Positions 1 through 13,674 of a DNA stretch of 64,000 nucleotides are shown in pieces. Location of the stretch: the NCBI RefSeq assembly GCF_006345805.1, contig NC_043001.1, positions 53,320,001 to 53,384,000 on the forward strand. The letters are read 5' to 3'. The position numbers were made by a program, and so were the translations under genes. Origin of the DNA: Octopus sinensis. Taxonomy: Eukaryota. The notes below the pieces were generated by a model. It made no database searches, had not been told where the DNA came from, and worked only from the letters and a program-made list of their open reading frames with translations. Positions within the stretch are counted from its first letter, which is position 1; the number at the start of each line of letters is the position of its first letter.

Positions 1-61
1 GGACGTTATTCACTATTTCTACATGTTGAATGTTTATGCGTAGGTGTATGCAGGAGGTGAT

Positions 62-82
62 ACAAACTATTATTATTATTAT

Positions 83-131
<49 letters not shown>

Positions 132-204
132 TGTTGTTGTTGTTGTTGTTGTTGTAGTTGTAGTAGTAGCAGAAGAAGAAGAAGAGGAAGTTGCGGTAGT
201 GGCG

Positions 205-247
<43 letters not shown>

Positions 248-290
248 AAGTAGTGGTGGTGGTGGTAGTAGTAGTAATAGTAGTTGTAGG
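62..290. repeat. Compound trinucleotide microsatellite (TAT/TAG/TTG/AAG/TGG)
   Basis: Directly visible runs; the ORF 30..401 (poly-Ser/Cys) is an artefact of it. Confidence 0.97.
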
Positions 291-3200
291 GAGTTGTGGT
301 ATGTTATGTCTCTCTTATTGTTCACATGTAATTGTTTATGTAACTGCCATAGGATCAATAATGCAACCAATAAACTAACACAAACGCTATCTGTGAATTA
401 GAGAATCTAGGGTTTGTCGGGGAAAATTCTTGAAGACGGGTTGTTATTATTGCTCTACATTATAATTATATATATTTTTTATATACAGAGAGGAAGAAAT
501 TCGAGTATGAACACGTTTTCAGCTCTATAATAATTATAATCATGTATATTTGTGCAGGATTCTAATGCCTGCTCTGCATAACGGACTATCAACTTAGAAG
601 TTGATGGTCTGTTAGAGGTATTTTCTGAATAATGATTTCTAAATATGAACGTATAACTATAAATTATCTTCCGATATACACACTGTTTAACTTCTCATCC
701 TCTTCTCTATAACAGCAGGTCATCCTTGCAACCCAAGGCCGTCATGTTCCTGAGGCAAAAGTTTGCTGGTCAAAATCGTTTTATATACGATAAGAGCGTC
801 CACAAGGACAGAGTCAAGAACAGGTGTATGTGTGACATAATACGATATTCCTCATGATGGAATTCACAATTTTGCGAAATGGTTGTTTCATACACACCAA
901 AAGTTTCAAAACTTAGACGATTAATTTTATAGATTTATAAGATCAATTTAGTAATTTCGAAAGCACGCAGTAAACTTGAACACAACGCGATTAAGTAGAA
1001 GCATGAGCGCAAAATGAAATGTAGAAGGCATGTTACACAAAGAGAACTTACGTACATGGGGTAGAATAGTATCGAAATTGATAATTCGCAAGAATTAAGT
1101 TATGCATGTTGAAATAAATAATACAATTGTAAAGCATAGAGACAATTTAATGCTATTTGTCCAGTTCTATAGAAATGCACGCTAGAAGGCTTAGGAAATT
1201 ACCATAAAACCTTCCAGCGCAATCTATATATTTGAACAATCAATATTTCAATTCGATTTCTGAATCCTCAAGCAGTAACTTGCATTTCGCAAAAGGCACA
1301 TGAAGATTTAAATAGAACTGCATATAAAGGTGTACTGGGGTCAATAACATGGACCATAAAATATCGCATGGCCATATTAATATAACACTTTACGCTTAAA
1401 TATTAGCTCTTTGAAAAATTAGTTGGTCCTAATCGTTTCCTGCAAGAAAGAAATGAAGGTGTAAATATAAAAACCGGGTTTATAAATAATATTAGTCGCC
1501 AATTTATCAAACAACAGAAATAAAAACAAACAGAAACAAAAAAATGATAAAGTAATAAACAAACAAATCAGCAAAATGATGAAGACATAGATAAGTTTTG
1601 AAGTGACACTCTGAACGAAATTAATCAGCCAAGCAAAATATTGGCCAAATAACAATATATCGCCTGAAACACAAATGAAAACATTATTGATATAAATAAA
1701 TACATCTTTTCCTTGAAACGGAAACCTATCAATCAAAGTCGTCGTAAAAAACATACGTACAAACATGAACAACTTTTACGGCAGGAAGAATTTCGAGTAT
1801 GAACGCATTGTTCGACTTTATAATAGTAGGAATTCAGTAAATAATAAGAAAATTGTAATAAACCATAAAATAATCAGCGAAAAACCACATAGAATATTTC
1901 TCTCAGTAATTAACCGCATATTTAGGAAGATCATACGTAAAGAATAAAAATATAATCAGACAAAACAGTTGATATATAATCTGATGTTTTCTCTCCTAGC
2001 CATTCTCTTGCCACGTTCATGTGTGCAGTTACACATTCAGGCACATACTCACTGTCGCCTTCAAGCACATAAAATACGATACAAAAACTGGAATACTGCC
2101 ATCATGTTATATTAATTACATAAATCTAGATTGCTGTGAAGTGAATAAGTAGTATGGAATATAATATAGAAAGTTAAGCAGATATATTAGTTTATACGCA
2201 GAAACTAAATCTTATCCAAACAATAATGGAAACAACACAGATTCCTTGTAACAACTTGGTGTACCCCTAACATCGACCAAAATATACTACTGTTACATAT
2301 TTCATCAACTACAGAATGCTGGAAAGTGAATTTTACACTGGTGTTATATGGGGCCAGTACGCAAAAAGAACAACTGAGTTTGCAGCCAGCACCTTTCTGT
2401 CCTGGGAAATAATAATGTTCAAATTAGGCGCAAGATCATGGAATTTGGTGGAGAAGTGCCATCAGTGCAATTAATGCAAATATTTGGCAAGATTTTATTT
2501 AATTTACAAAGGAACGTAGAAAGCGAAATTTATCCCTTTTGAACTGATAAAAAATGAAAGCAGCTAACTTTCACACTCTTTCAAAGACATTTCCAGTACA
2601 ACGGAACTTCAAATGAATATTACCATTTTCTTATATTTAAGACATTTGTTTTCTGGAAAAATGTAGTCGCATAAAATTTTTTCTCATCTATATAAATTTA
2701 TCTACTCTGGAGAGTGTTGCGATTAAACTCAGCCTGAGTTGAACAGAGAAATTAAAAGGATTGTGATTAAATAATTTCAAAAATTTCCCGACATTCTTAC
2801 AATTTTCTGCATCCACCGACTGTTAATTTAAAAGATATGGGTAGGAATAATTTCTTACATCGGCACAACTCAGTAAATTTACATGGACAAAGGAATTGTA
2901 CGATAAAATTGACCCCTATACTCCTTAAGTATCATATATTATCGAGTGCTGGATAATGAAAGCAAAGTTGGACACTGATGGACTTGAACTGAGATCTTAA
3001 AAGCCGATACTAAATGTTACAAAGCATTTCATTTTTTTGTTCTAACATTTCCGGCATTCCCTGTAAAAATAATGATTGTTCTTCATAGTTAGGAAGGCAG
3101 TTTTCCAAAATGTCAATTTAATGGCAGGCACAAAGAAATTTCTGCAAGATTTTAACAATGACTACTGAGAGATATATATATGTATGTATGCAAAATGAAT

Positions 3201-3599
3201 ATTAATTTATAATGTAACCGACGAATAGTACTTCATTATTCACACAGCATTGGTTAAGACGTTGCTAATATATACTAATTTAAGAGTGGAATATCAAGAT
3301 GATAATATTACCTTTACTGTTTCATGTAATGTGACAAGGTCTCTAGTGGAAGAATTTATGTGGTTTAGTAAATCGGCATAACATGATTAAGATATATTTT
3401 ATACAACCTGTTGATGTAGATCGGTGACTCAAATACAATGGTGCTCGGAGTCAGCATAGGAATTGACATAACTACATATTGGAAGACGGTCTAGCATGGC
3501 CGCAAATATCTGGCCGAAACGAATAAAAGATTAAAAGAATGTGTGCATGTGTTTGGTGTTTGCATGTGTTTGTAAGATATAAAGACACATCGGGCCACA

Positions 3600-4700
3600 A
3601 AATAACGATTTCTAAAATTTCTATGTATGTCATCTAGCCAGCCATGTTCTTCGGATACTCTTTCTGAGAAGATCGTATGCACAGAGTCTTCAGGCACTTC
3701 ATCCATGGGTGCCTATCAAAAGTAACCGCTATTACACTTCCCGGGTGGATTCCTAAGCATGACCAACTGTGACTATGGATATTATCCAAACATTTCGTTC
3801 TTGGTTTTCCCCTAGATCTCCTACCAGCTGGTTCGGTATGATAAATCCATCTTCCGATTCTTTCCTTGCGATATTCAAATTATATACTCGTAGCAACGGA
3901 GTTATTACACCTCAAGGTAGAGAAATACATCCTCAACATGCTGAGATAATCCGATTTCCGTGTAACTCTAACTCAGCTATCGTATTTAGGCTCACTTATG
4001 GCCTTCTAATTTAGGTAATGACCGAAAGAGTACAACTTCAAACACAAGCGGCGAAACGAGGTTCCTTATGATATCGAAACCAGAAATATTCAAAGGCACG
4101 TAGCTAAGTTCCACAAGAATCAATATATCAACTTAACTTATTTCAAGGATATTTGATTTCCCAAAAACTGAATATGAAACTGAAATGGGCAAAATCCTCC
4201 TTCTAATAATAAAGAAATATGAGTTTTACTGAAACAGAAACATTAAAGAACCACTCTTTGTACTACCCGGATGGGGTTTTTTGAGTTTATTTTCCGCAGT
4301 CGCTAATATATTTATTTGGGATCTACTATTGCCGTTAGTTCAATTCTTGAAAATTTTACTCCACAACAAAATTTAGTAGTGGATAGTATAAGCCGTTAAC
4401 CAGTCTCTATTCTGAGTTATCGAGGCCAATGGTCCTTTGTATTTCAGATTCACTTCCGAAAGAATTTCAAGATTTCCCTGATATTTATAACTTTTCATCT
4501 ACCTCTAACTGGAGATGATTTCAAATTTTTGGAGAGGTAAACGCTTTCGGAAATATATCATCCATAGCCTGACCATTATACTTTTTGACTTAAGTTAGTC
4601 CTGATCGAGATGACATGATAAAGGACATTGTAGTACAGACAAAACTTTTTTATCAACACACATTGTAGAATGGGCGTGAATATTAAATATGATTAGCTTT
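3600..4700 (-). mobile_element. Highly decayed RTE-clade LINE remnant (RT C-terminal half and ORF end)
   Basis: Minus-strand translation gives RRSRGKPRTKCLDNIHSHSWSCLGIHPGSVIAVTFDRHPW, resembling the RTE ORF-end motif (GxRxRGRPRxRWxD...DRxxW). A decayed YADD-like site (gctatggatgatata) lies near 4570. Many stops and frameshifts. Confidence 0.55.
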
Positions 4701-5509
4701 CACTAAAAGTATAGTACATAATATAACAAAACTGTATCATTTCTAGCTTTCAAAGCGGCTCTACAGAGACAGAACATTGTTTGTTATGATGGAACGTAAA
4801 ATTCCATTCTTATAGCAACCATGAATAGAACTGAGTACCAGTAAGTTTTACTAATGCTAGTAACCGTATTTACAGACATGTATTTATTGTGTACATAAAT
4901 ATAACTACGACATTGTGACTGAGGAAAAACCTTAAAAAACCCCTAAAAGTCCCCCCTTTCATACAGGAAATGTCGCAGTGGTTACATAATGAGTCTGAAA
5001 AATCATTAAGTGTTCTACAAAGAATTGTATACATATCCGTAATTTCCGGCCGAATCAGCATGATTTTGCGTAACAAAGCATACAACTACAATCACGCGTA
5101 CACTCCATATTGAAAAAGAGAAAAGTCAAATCTAATATCGGGCTGGTACTTCACTTATCAACTCCAAATACATGAAGCGCAAGTTTTCGTCGCTCGGATT
5201 TAGACTCGATACACAGAGCGCCGGAGAGAATTTAGCGAGGCATTGTATCAGACACTCTATCGATTGTGCCAATTGGTCACTTTCAATTAAGAAGTAATAT
5301 ACGTCTTCGATTGAATAGTTATGTAACTATTGGAATATGAATGATTTGCCTGTTTTGAGAAATTTCTATAATATTAGTACAGTTCACTTTTCTATGAAGG
5401 GTCGTTTTCAATTGAATTATAGAGATAATATAATAGCTTATATCGTATTAATCTTATTCAGATTTCATTTAGGCACTTCAAATGCATAAACATCCCATTT
5501 CTTTCATTA

Positions 5510-5552
5510 TATATTATATATATTACATAATATATATGTATATATGTATATA

Positions 5553-5638
<86 letters not shown>

Positions 5639-5948
5639 TACATATGTATATATATATATATGTAATATATGTATATATATATATATATTATATATATATA
5701 TACGTATACATATATATGCACATGTGTGTATGTATTTATATATCTGTATATTTATATATGTATTTGTGTGTGTACTCACACATACATACATGCATACATA
5801 TATACATTCATACATACATATATACATACATACATACATACATACATTCATACATACATACATACATAAATACATACATATATACATACATACATACATA
5901 CATACATACATACATACATACATACATACATACATACATACATACATA
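5510..5948. repeat. (TA)n followed by (TACA)n microsatellite
   Basis: Directly visible; explains five overlapping YI/HT-repeat ORFs. Confidence 0.97.
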
Positions 5949-7149
5949 CCCAGTTACAACAAGTTCTGACCTGCTCAGGTTTATTAATACCCAAAACAAA
6001 TACATTCACATGAATTCACATTATTTTGGATAAATTGCCTTACAAAGATCTGACAATCCTGTCAACCAACGACGTTGATTAAATCAGGAGTGTTGTGTAC
6101 AATCAATTCAAAATATAGTTTCATTTGAGTTTCGTTCAGTTGCGCAAAAAGCAAAAACAAATAATAGATAAATATAAATTGAATAAACAAATGCACTACC
6201 TAAATTCCACATTATCTCTCATAACATATCAAGCAGTATAAAAAAATAATAATAATAACGTAAGTATTTTATATGGGAAAAAATAGTTGATTCAAAATGG
6301 TTCCTTCTAGGAAGTAAAAGATGTGTAATACTGGCACTGAAGCAGTTGTGAAATAACTACTACCAGTCTGATCTTGTAACCAACAAACAGGAACGTGCAT
6401 ACATACTGCCATACATAAAGGGATAACATTTTCTTATGTTTAGATATATACATATATACTACGTTGGTGATTACGGACGAAAGATTTAAACCTACGCGGT
6501 GCATGTTATAAAGTATATCGATTAGTATTACTCGAAAATCTACCCATCTACGATGGAGGCATAACATGACGGAGGGAAGTCATAACAGCAGTATGTATTC
6601 AGAAATGTTTAAATGGGCTTGACAGATTACTGGGTGATGTCTTAGAGAAATCATATTATTGTTGGTGATACAGCATTCTATCCCAGCTATATGACGTGTT
6701 TGCGACTATGTAACATGGGATGACGATTTACTACCGAACTGAAATAGGCTCCTAGCCTCTGTATCATGAATGCTTGTGTGAACCACTCCTAACGAAAACC
6801 AGAACTTCCTTCGACCACTACATAAAAAGTATTAAGAAGAAATGTTATTTAGATATACTATTATTTTAGTTGTTTACACTATTTTACGCTTGCTTATACT
6901 CTTATACATTCAAAGTTCACAAATTTCCTCGTTTAAATTATGAATAATATTCCTTTCGATAATATCAATATAGACGATATTTTCTAACTACTGGAGTCTG
7001 TTGCTCTACTCATAGCGACGTATAACTGGTCTTGTGTAAACATTGGTGTGGGTAAAATAAACTGCACGATCTAAAGTCTAGCTCTGTGCTTTGTTTGCGA
7101 ATAATATCTGGATGTTCTGGTACCGTGAGTTGTTTTGACTGACAAAACT

Positions 7150-7866
7150 GAGAAGTAAACACCAGCCGCTTCAATTAGCCGTTCCGAGTCCTCCTTGAGA
7201 CTGACATGCTTTAATAATGACTAAATAATCATACACACTATATACTGACACAATTTTTCCATTTTATTTTCGCTACTAACCGTCCTCGCGACCCCTTCGT
7301 ATCTACGATAGGGCCAGGAACTATACGATGAAAATCCGGAGTTACTCGTTGGCGATGAATTTATAAGGGAAATGCGGTGGTAGCTTATGAATTCAAAAAT
7401 CGATATCCACGAACTTATACTACTTTCTGAGTTTTTAATGATAAAACGCTTCTTGGCGACCGTTTTGTAATCCCTTAAAATATCGCATCCATTGGTCCAG
7501 GTGTTTGATCTGACCGTGAAATGGGAACAGACAATGAGTAAGAACGCAAATCTGTCCATCCCAAATCTAAGCCCTCTAAATTCACCAACTATATTGAGGG
7601 GAAATCTGGAGTTAATCATCGTTGCCAGAATTTTAACAAAAAAAATTAAAGGTGATTTATTAATACAAAACTCAGCATCCACTAATTAATCACACTTTTT
7701 AACAATTTTTCGCTAAAAACCTTCCTCATTACCTCCTTAGTAATCCTGAAAAACATCGTGACCATTGGTCCAGCCATTGTGCCGTGATGATTGAACAGAC
7801 AGATAGACGGACAGAGAGATTGACAGACAGACAGACATACGGATATAGCGCCCAGTATAGTAAGAT
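7150..7866 (-). mobile_element. Probable non-autonomous Helitron/Helentron-associated (HINE/DINE-1-like) element
   Basis: Minus strand starts atcttactatactgg, followed by a (CTGT)n-type microsatellite. An internal partial duplication (cattggtccag...ccgtga near 7490 and 7760) is present. This layout matches HINE-type elements; no transposase is present and boundaries are approximate. Confidence 0.4.
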
Positions 7867-8239
7867 TCAGTTGATGCTATTCCAGCTGATACTTTAAGTG
7901 TGCATTACTTAGATGACAAGATATGTGGAATACATTAACATTTCACTGAAATTCAAAATAGCCTACGAACAGAACAGCCTGATTAGCTGATCGTTGTCAA
8001 CACAAGTTTGCACAATGATTAAAATATGAATCAAAATAGTACATTACACATGATTGATGGATAACTTGAAGTTAAGAATGCTTAATTCAAAGGGCGTAGT
8101 TAATGTTGAAATAAAAATATTTCAGGTGAATGAAGAAAACATTCAAAACGTGAAATATTCAAATAGTTGATAAAGTTTATATAAATGATACAGTGTGTTA
8201 GGGATAAATGACTCGCTAACGAAACACTAAAGCATGTGG

Positions 8240-9418
8240 AAATTCATAGAACAAACTGTTACACTTCTGATTCTATGAACCGCCTGTAAAAGCAATAGAT
8301 GTATGTATTTTCTCTTTTGTTTTTGATTATCTAAATTCTTTTTCCGACTAACGTGTTGACAAATGAGTCTACAATACCACATTGTAAACTTAAGAAAAGT
8401 TTTGCATGTTTTTACTATTCCATTAACATATAATTTTTGTTTGGTTGATTCGTTTTTCTGAAGACCGAGATTGTCAATTAGGCATTTACTCACAAGATCA
8501 AGTGCGCCAATTATTATTTGTATAAATGGGAATTTATAATCTGGATATAGAAGATTGTGATCTCGAAGCATTTAGCCATAGTTATCCGCTTGTTGATTTT
8601 CAAAGAGATATTCACATCAGCAGCGCGATTGGCGTCTATGACTGCGCATATTTTTCTTGTCTGATCCAAACAATATTATCAGGATTGTTATGTTTATAAC
8701 ATAAACATAACAGCTGTTATGAGGGAAATGTTCCACTAGTAGGCCTAGTATTGATTTTGAGTGCATATTCTATAACAGTAAGATTCTAAATATTTATTCC
8801 AAGACAGTTTTTTCTCCAGTGGCATCGTACATAGTGTTTTTGCCACAGTGTCATGTCGCACAGGGATGTAATACTATCATGGCATTTTTGGTCAGCTGTG
8901 ATTTCTTCCACAAAAATATGACATAAACTACATATTCAGTGGAAACTTGGAGCTCCAAATTCTTCACTGTCCCTTTTGTTTATTTGGTATTTATTAGCCG
9001 ATCCCTGTATTGGATTGCAAATGCATAGCCTACGAAATGTGATGCAAGGTAGCAGTAGAGAGACCAAGTCATGCCGCGCTTCATGTCAATGTTACAGTCT
9101 TCTTCATGTCTTCAGGAGACATACCCATACATATACTGGAAGTTTCAGATCCATGTCTTCTTACGAGTATGTTAGTCCGGCTGTTTGAGGTTGTTAAGAA
9201 GAGCTTCCTGGGAAGCTCGCTGCCGACACGTAGCATATTGTTCTCTTCACTTTTAGCATTAACTTAATTCATTTATAGTTAATAGTGTCGTTTATGAACA
9301 GCGATCTGATAGAGACTATACGACCTTCGAAGACTGTCTGCATTGACCTCAAGTTTAAGCCTCCTTCTTTTTAAGTAGATCCTGTCGACGTTACTATTTT
9401 TCTGGAGATTTCCAGTTT
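8240..9418 (-). mobile_element. Decayed R4-like RLE non-LTR retrotransposon, 3' part
   Basis: Minus-strand peptides, joined across frameshifts: NSNVDRIYLKR, SHFVGYAFAIQ, YYIPVRHDTVAKTL (RHD motif), HNNPDNIVW (PD motif) and MLRDHNLLYPDYKFPFIQIIIGALDLV...VKTCKTFLKF (ORF 8227..8571). These are typical RLE C-terminal motifs. Confidence 0.75.
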
Positions 9419-9952
9419 GTGTATGCATGGATATTTGCATATATGTATGTATGTGTGTGTGAGTGCGTGTGCGCCAGTGTACGTGCGTGTGTGCGTATGT
9501 ATGTATGTATGTATGTATGCATGTATTTACGTATATGCAATTCTCCTAAACACTCCCAGAAACGGTTAACTGATGAAGGTTATACAGAAGATATATTTGC
9601 GTTTTCATAATGTGCTTTCACATATTTTCCAGGTATCTTCTCCCATATTCTATCCTAAATATGCTTAAATTTATTTCCCGAAATATAAATTTCTACAATT
9701 TCTTGGAATCTTTGCTAAAGCTACTACCCAGACGAACATACTCCCTTGCTCTTTCTCTCTCTTCCTCTCTCTCAAGAAATTTTTATCCCACTCACTTCTA
9801 TCATCAAGTCTCTGAATTTAATTATTGATTCTAACTGCAGAATCCATTCAAGCGTATAGAACCTAACTCAGGGGATTGATATGAGAGTTTTATCCAATTT
9901 TCCGTCGCTGTCAGTAGATTACAGCGGACTTCAATTAGCGTGACAAGAGAGG

Positions 9953-10390
9953 GATGGCAGTGTGGTTAGAAAGCTTGTGATTTTGAGTTCAGTCACACTA
10001 TGTGTAATCTTGAGCAAGTATTTTCTACTAAATCACCAGAATGAGGAAGGTCTTGTGACGGAAAATATGAAGTTCTGTCTTATATGTGTGAGTGTTTGTG
10101 TGTGTGTGAGTGTGTGTGTACGTGTGAATGTGTGTGCATGTGTGTGTGCGTGTCAGTGTATAATTGTGTCTATGTTTTTTGCATTTGTCTGTCCTTCATC
10201 ACCGTTTGACTAACTGTGTTGGATTCTTTATTTCTTCTTAAGTTCTCCGTTCGACAAAAAGACTCCTAAAATAAACACCAGACATGAAATGCAAATAATA
10301 AGTACTAGGGTCGAATTTTTCGATTAATTATTTCAAGGGTATACCCCCCAAGACCTCAGCTCAGCAACCAGCGATTAAAAGTATAAAAGA
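9953..10390 (+). mobile_element. Old tRNA-derived SINE copy (family A, CORE-like) with central (TG)n
   Basis: Head ggcagtgtggttagaaagctt...cttgagcaagt, central GT repeat and aagtactagggtcga tail; a diverged version of the 53273 copy. Confidence 0.6.
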
Positions 10391-11005
10391 AACCCAACTA
10401 TTCTCGGTTTAACAGCTATTCTCCGCACATTACTATTAACAACATGAATCTATATTCAAGAGAGCTATACATAGTAAGCGGCTGTTTATTAGAATCTCAG
10501 CGCTTTCATTTACTTCTACGTCATTCTCTTTTAAATATGTATGTATATATTACAGCTCTGAAATACGAAATTCTTTTATTTCTAAAGTTTTACAAGAAAT
10601 ATATTTTTCGTTATTTTTACGATATATTAAGTCCCATCTCTAAAAAGAAACCTACTGTATTTTAGATATCGATTCTTGAAGCAGAGCTCGGTCAAGTGCT
10701 AACTATTGATGCACATGAAGATGCTGCTAAAGCTTCATCGAATTATTTCTGCCTGCTCACAATAGATACAGGCCGACATTAAAGTCACAGCGAGGTCGGT
10801 GTAAATATATGATTTAACCTGCCATGCCAATTATTCTCTGATGTAAGTGTATGTGTATAGGTAGGAATGCTTGCATGTAGATATGTATGTATATATGTTT
10901 ATATATATGTATATATAAATACATATGCATATATGTATATATATATATATATACATACATATATAGAGAGTGCAAGTGTTATTTGACAAAAAATGGCCAC
11001 CGTGA

Positions 11006-11057
<52 letters not shown>

Positions 11058-11070
11058 TACAAACTTTAAT

Positions 11071-11260
11071 GGACTAACCACTAAAACAAATGGACAGCCT
11101 ATATGCTAGTGACGTCTATATCTAGCATATAGGGTGTTCATTCTTTTAGTGGCCAGTCCTCTAAATTTTGTATGTAAAAAAATTTTAATATTCGGAATTT
11201 TTTAAATATGCTAGGCGACTGGTTTTAATTGATTAATATCAATTTCTATCCTTATTTAAT
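11071..11260 (-). repeat. (TA)n-flanked repeat with a ~39-bp imperfect hairpin; homologous to 63840-64000
   Basis: Arms 11071-11109 and 11122-11159 are reverse complements (about 33/39). The reverse complement of 11201-11260 (aataaggatagaaa...aaaaccagtcgcctagcatatt) matches 63848-63915. Confidence 0.75.
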
Positions 11261-11282
11261 TTTATATATATACATATAAATA

Positions 11283-11320
<38 letters not shown>

Positions 11321-11697
11321 TGTATATATGTGTGTATATATGTATATATATATATATATCTGTATGTATATTATATATATATATATATATATATATTTCG
11401 GGATGGTCATATTTTTCTCAAGTAAACACATTCACTATATATTCGATCTTCACTCGTTTATTTTTGTTTTTATTTTAACTTATATCCATTCTTTATAAAT
11501 TTTTAGTGGCATATCTGTCACTTCTCCAGCGACCCTTTCTATCCACATGTATCCTCTTGTTCTACTTATTCCATATATAGTGTGCGTTTAGTTGGAAAAA
11601 AAAACAAAATTACCGTCCCGAAATATAACAATTATCTAATTTAACACACGGCTGCACATCAGGATACTTGCAACACAAATTTATAAACGTAAACATG

Positions 11698-11735
<38 letters not shown>

Positions 11736-12551
11736 CCTAACTTGGAGCTGCACGGAATTTACAGAACAGACTTGGTGCCTCAGTTCAACGGAATCGCGAT
11801 TATATATATATGTATATATATATATGTATATATATTAATGGGTGCATGTAAAATTATTGTATAGTCTTTCTTCTAACATGAGGCAAAAGAGAACATGAAG
11901 GTAGAGCATTATCAAAACCGAAATTAGGTTATTGCCCATAGAGACTTTAAGTCGTAATCATGAAAGCTTTGAGTTGAAAATCATTTCATTCATAACTGAA
12001 TCAGGTAATTTGTATCTTGTGTGTTAAATATTATGCTTACTAGTAAATATTCTAATATCATTATAATAGTCTCATCTAACTCTTTCTTTCATTTGTGATG
12101 CAATCAAGCGTTTTCCTTAATTGCTGAATATTGTAAAGATCATTATTTCTTGAAGCTTTCTTATCATCGCTTCGTTATCCTCAAGACATTGAGGTTAATT
12201 TTTGTCGGTTATTTAACTTATTTTAATTGTTATGTGGTATGTCGAGGTCTAAGTGTTCATAGATTAACTAATGGCCGACGAACACCATAAAATTATGGTA
12301 GAAATTTTCTTAATCGGCGTCCTGATAGGTGGTGACGACAAAGGGCAAGAATAATAGTTACGACATTTAAGTTGGCAAAAAATCATAGGTATTTTTTATT
12401 GCAAGAACAGTGAAGCATATATGGTAAACTATCACCTTACAGTCAACAAGTCACAGACATTCTTCTGTGATCCCCATACGATGATCCCCATGGAAAATGC
12501 GACGCATACAAACACACAGACACACACACATAAAGACATGCACACACACAC

Positions 12552-12622
<71 letters not shown>

Positions 12623-12689
12623 AAAAGCAGATCGTAAGATGCTTTTTTACATTTACAAAAAACAAACCTACCACACAAGCTAAAGCACG

Positions 12690-13430
12690 GAAGAGGTAAG
12701 AAATAGGACCCAGTATTCAGGAAGCAATCAGAAGAGCCTTCCATGATTTTGCATCTATATCTGTACCCCGTGCATTTTACTATTTTCTCAGTAATAACCT
12801 GGTGTGTTCTGAAAGATATTTCGGCATTGGAGTTGTAGATACGAGCCGCTAAATCTGACATAACTCTACTTGCATTTATTGATCAATAGATTTAAAGTCC
12901 AAATATTACTCACTTCAAGATTCGTGTCAAACTTCATATTGGTATGTGTAGGGCTGATTTATGATTGTTAATAATTGATCGAATTCATAACAAATCTTCG
13001 TCGCCTTTTTGTTTTTGGCCTTAGGTTTTTGGTTAGGAAATGCAAGCATTTGACTCAGGTGTGATGGGTAGGATGAAAGTTATTTTGTGTTGATCTCAAG
13101 GAAAAATGACGTCATGCATTCATCTTCCTTTCAGCCGAACACCCATAGAGGTTTAAAATTTTATTTCCAAAGGATATTGAAGTGGGTCTCAATTAAATTT
13201 GGCCAATGTTAGTGAACGGCTAGCATGGTTCGAATAGATGAGCTTATGTTGAGCCTTTAGCCCATTAATAGCAGATGGTTGCAAAGGGAATCGGAGGTAT
13301 ATGGGGTTCCGTGATTGGACCTAAGTGTCTTTTCTATATTGGGGACCTTACGCGTCTAATAGTAATGTTTATCTTACTGTTGTTTTCATTTTTGCTCAAA
13401 ATAATTTACACGCTATACGGTTTCACGTTC
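12690..13430 (-). mobile_element. Possible very decayed Penelope-like element fragment
   Basis: Minus-strand peptides TNIGQ / LIETHF and ARIYNS...SFR resemble PLE post-RT (TNIGKxFLxLIDKHF) and GIY-YIG C-terminal segments. Spacing is imperfect, so support is weak. Confidence 0.35.
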
Positions 13431-13464
13431 TTCTTGTGAACCTTTGTGTCTAATCAATAAGGAT

Positions 13465-13488
13465 AATGATGATACTAATAATGATAAT

Positions 13489-13553
<65 letters not shown>

Positions 13554-13561
13554 TAAAAATA

Positions 13562-13615
<54 letters not shown>

Positions 13616-13645
13616 TTGATGATGATGATGATGAGGATGATAATT
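13465..13645. repeat. (AAT)n-(GAT)n microsatellite at the 5' junction of a Dong-like element
   Basis: Directly visible. Confidence 0.97.
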
Positions 13646-13674
13646 ATAAAATACATAAGACACTCTTTGAATAA

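Noticed and set aside
540-830. Possible host exons (AG...GT-bounded segments at about 558-617 and 716-823)
   Set aside because: The first has stops in all frames and the second gives no recognisable peptide; splice-like sites are common by chance. Needs RNA-seq.
6560-6760. Possible PIF/Harbinger transposase trace (HDGG...VFRN...HIIVGDTAF)
   Set aside because: Only short motif resemblance across stops and frameshifts, with no TIRs found; not supportable without a profile search.
7221-7689. 153-aa and 65-aa ORFs as host genes
   Set aside because: They lie inside a probable non-autonomous repeat and have no recognisable domain.
9570-9605. CTGATGA motif
   Set aside because: No matching stem II / GAAA arrangement downstream.
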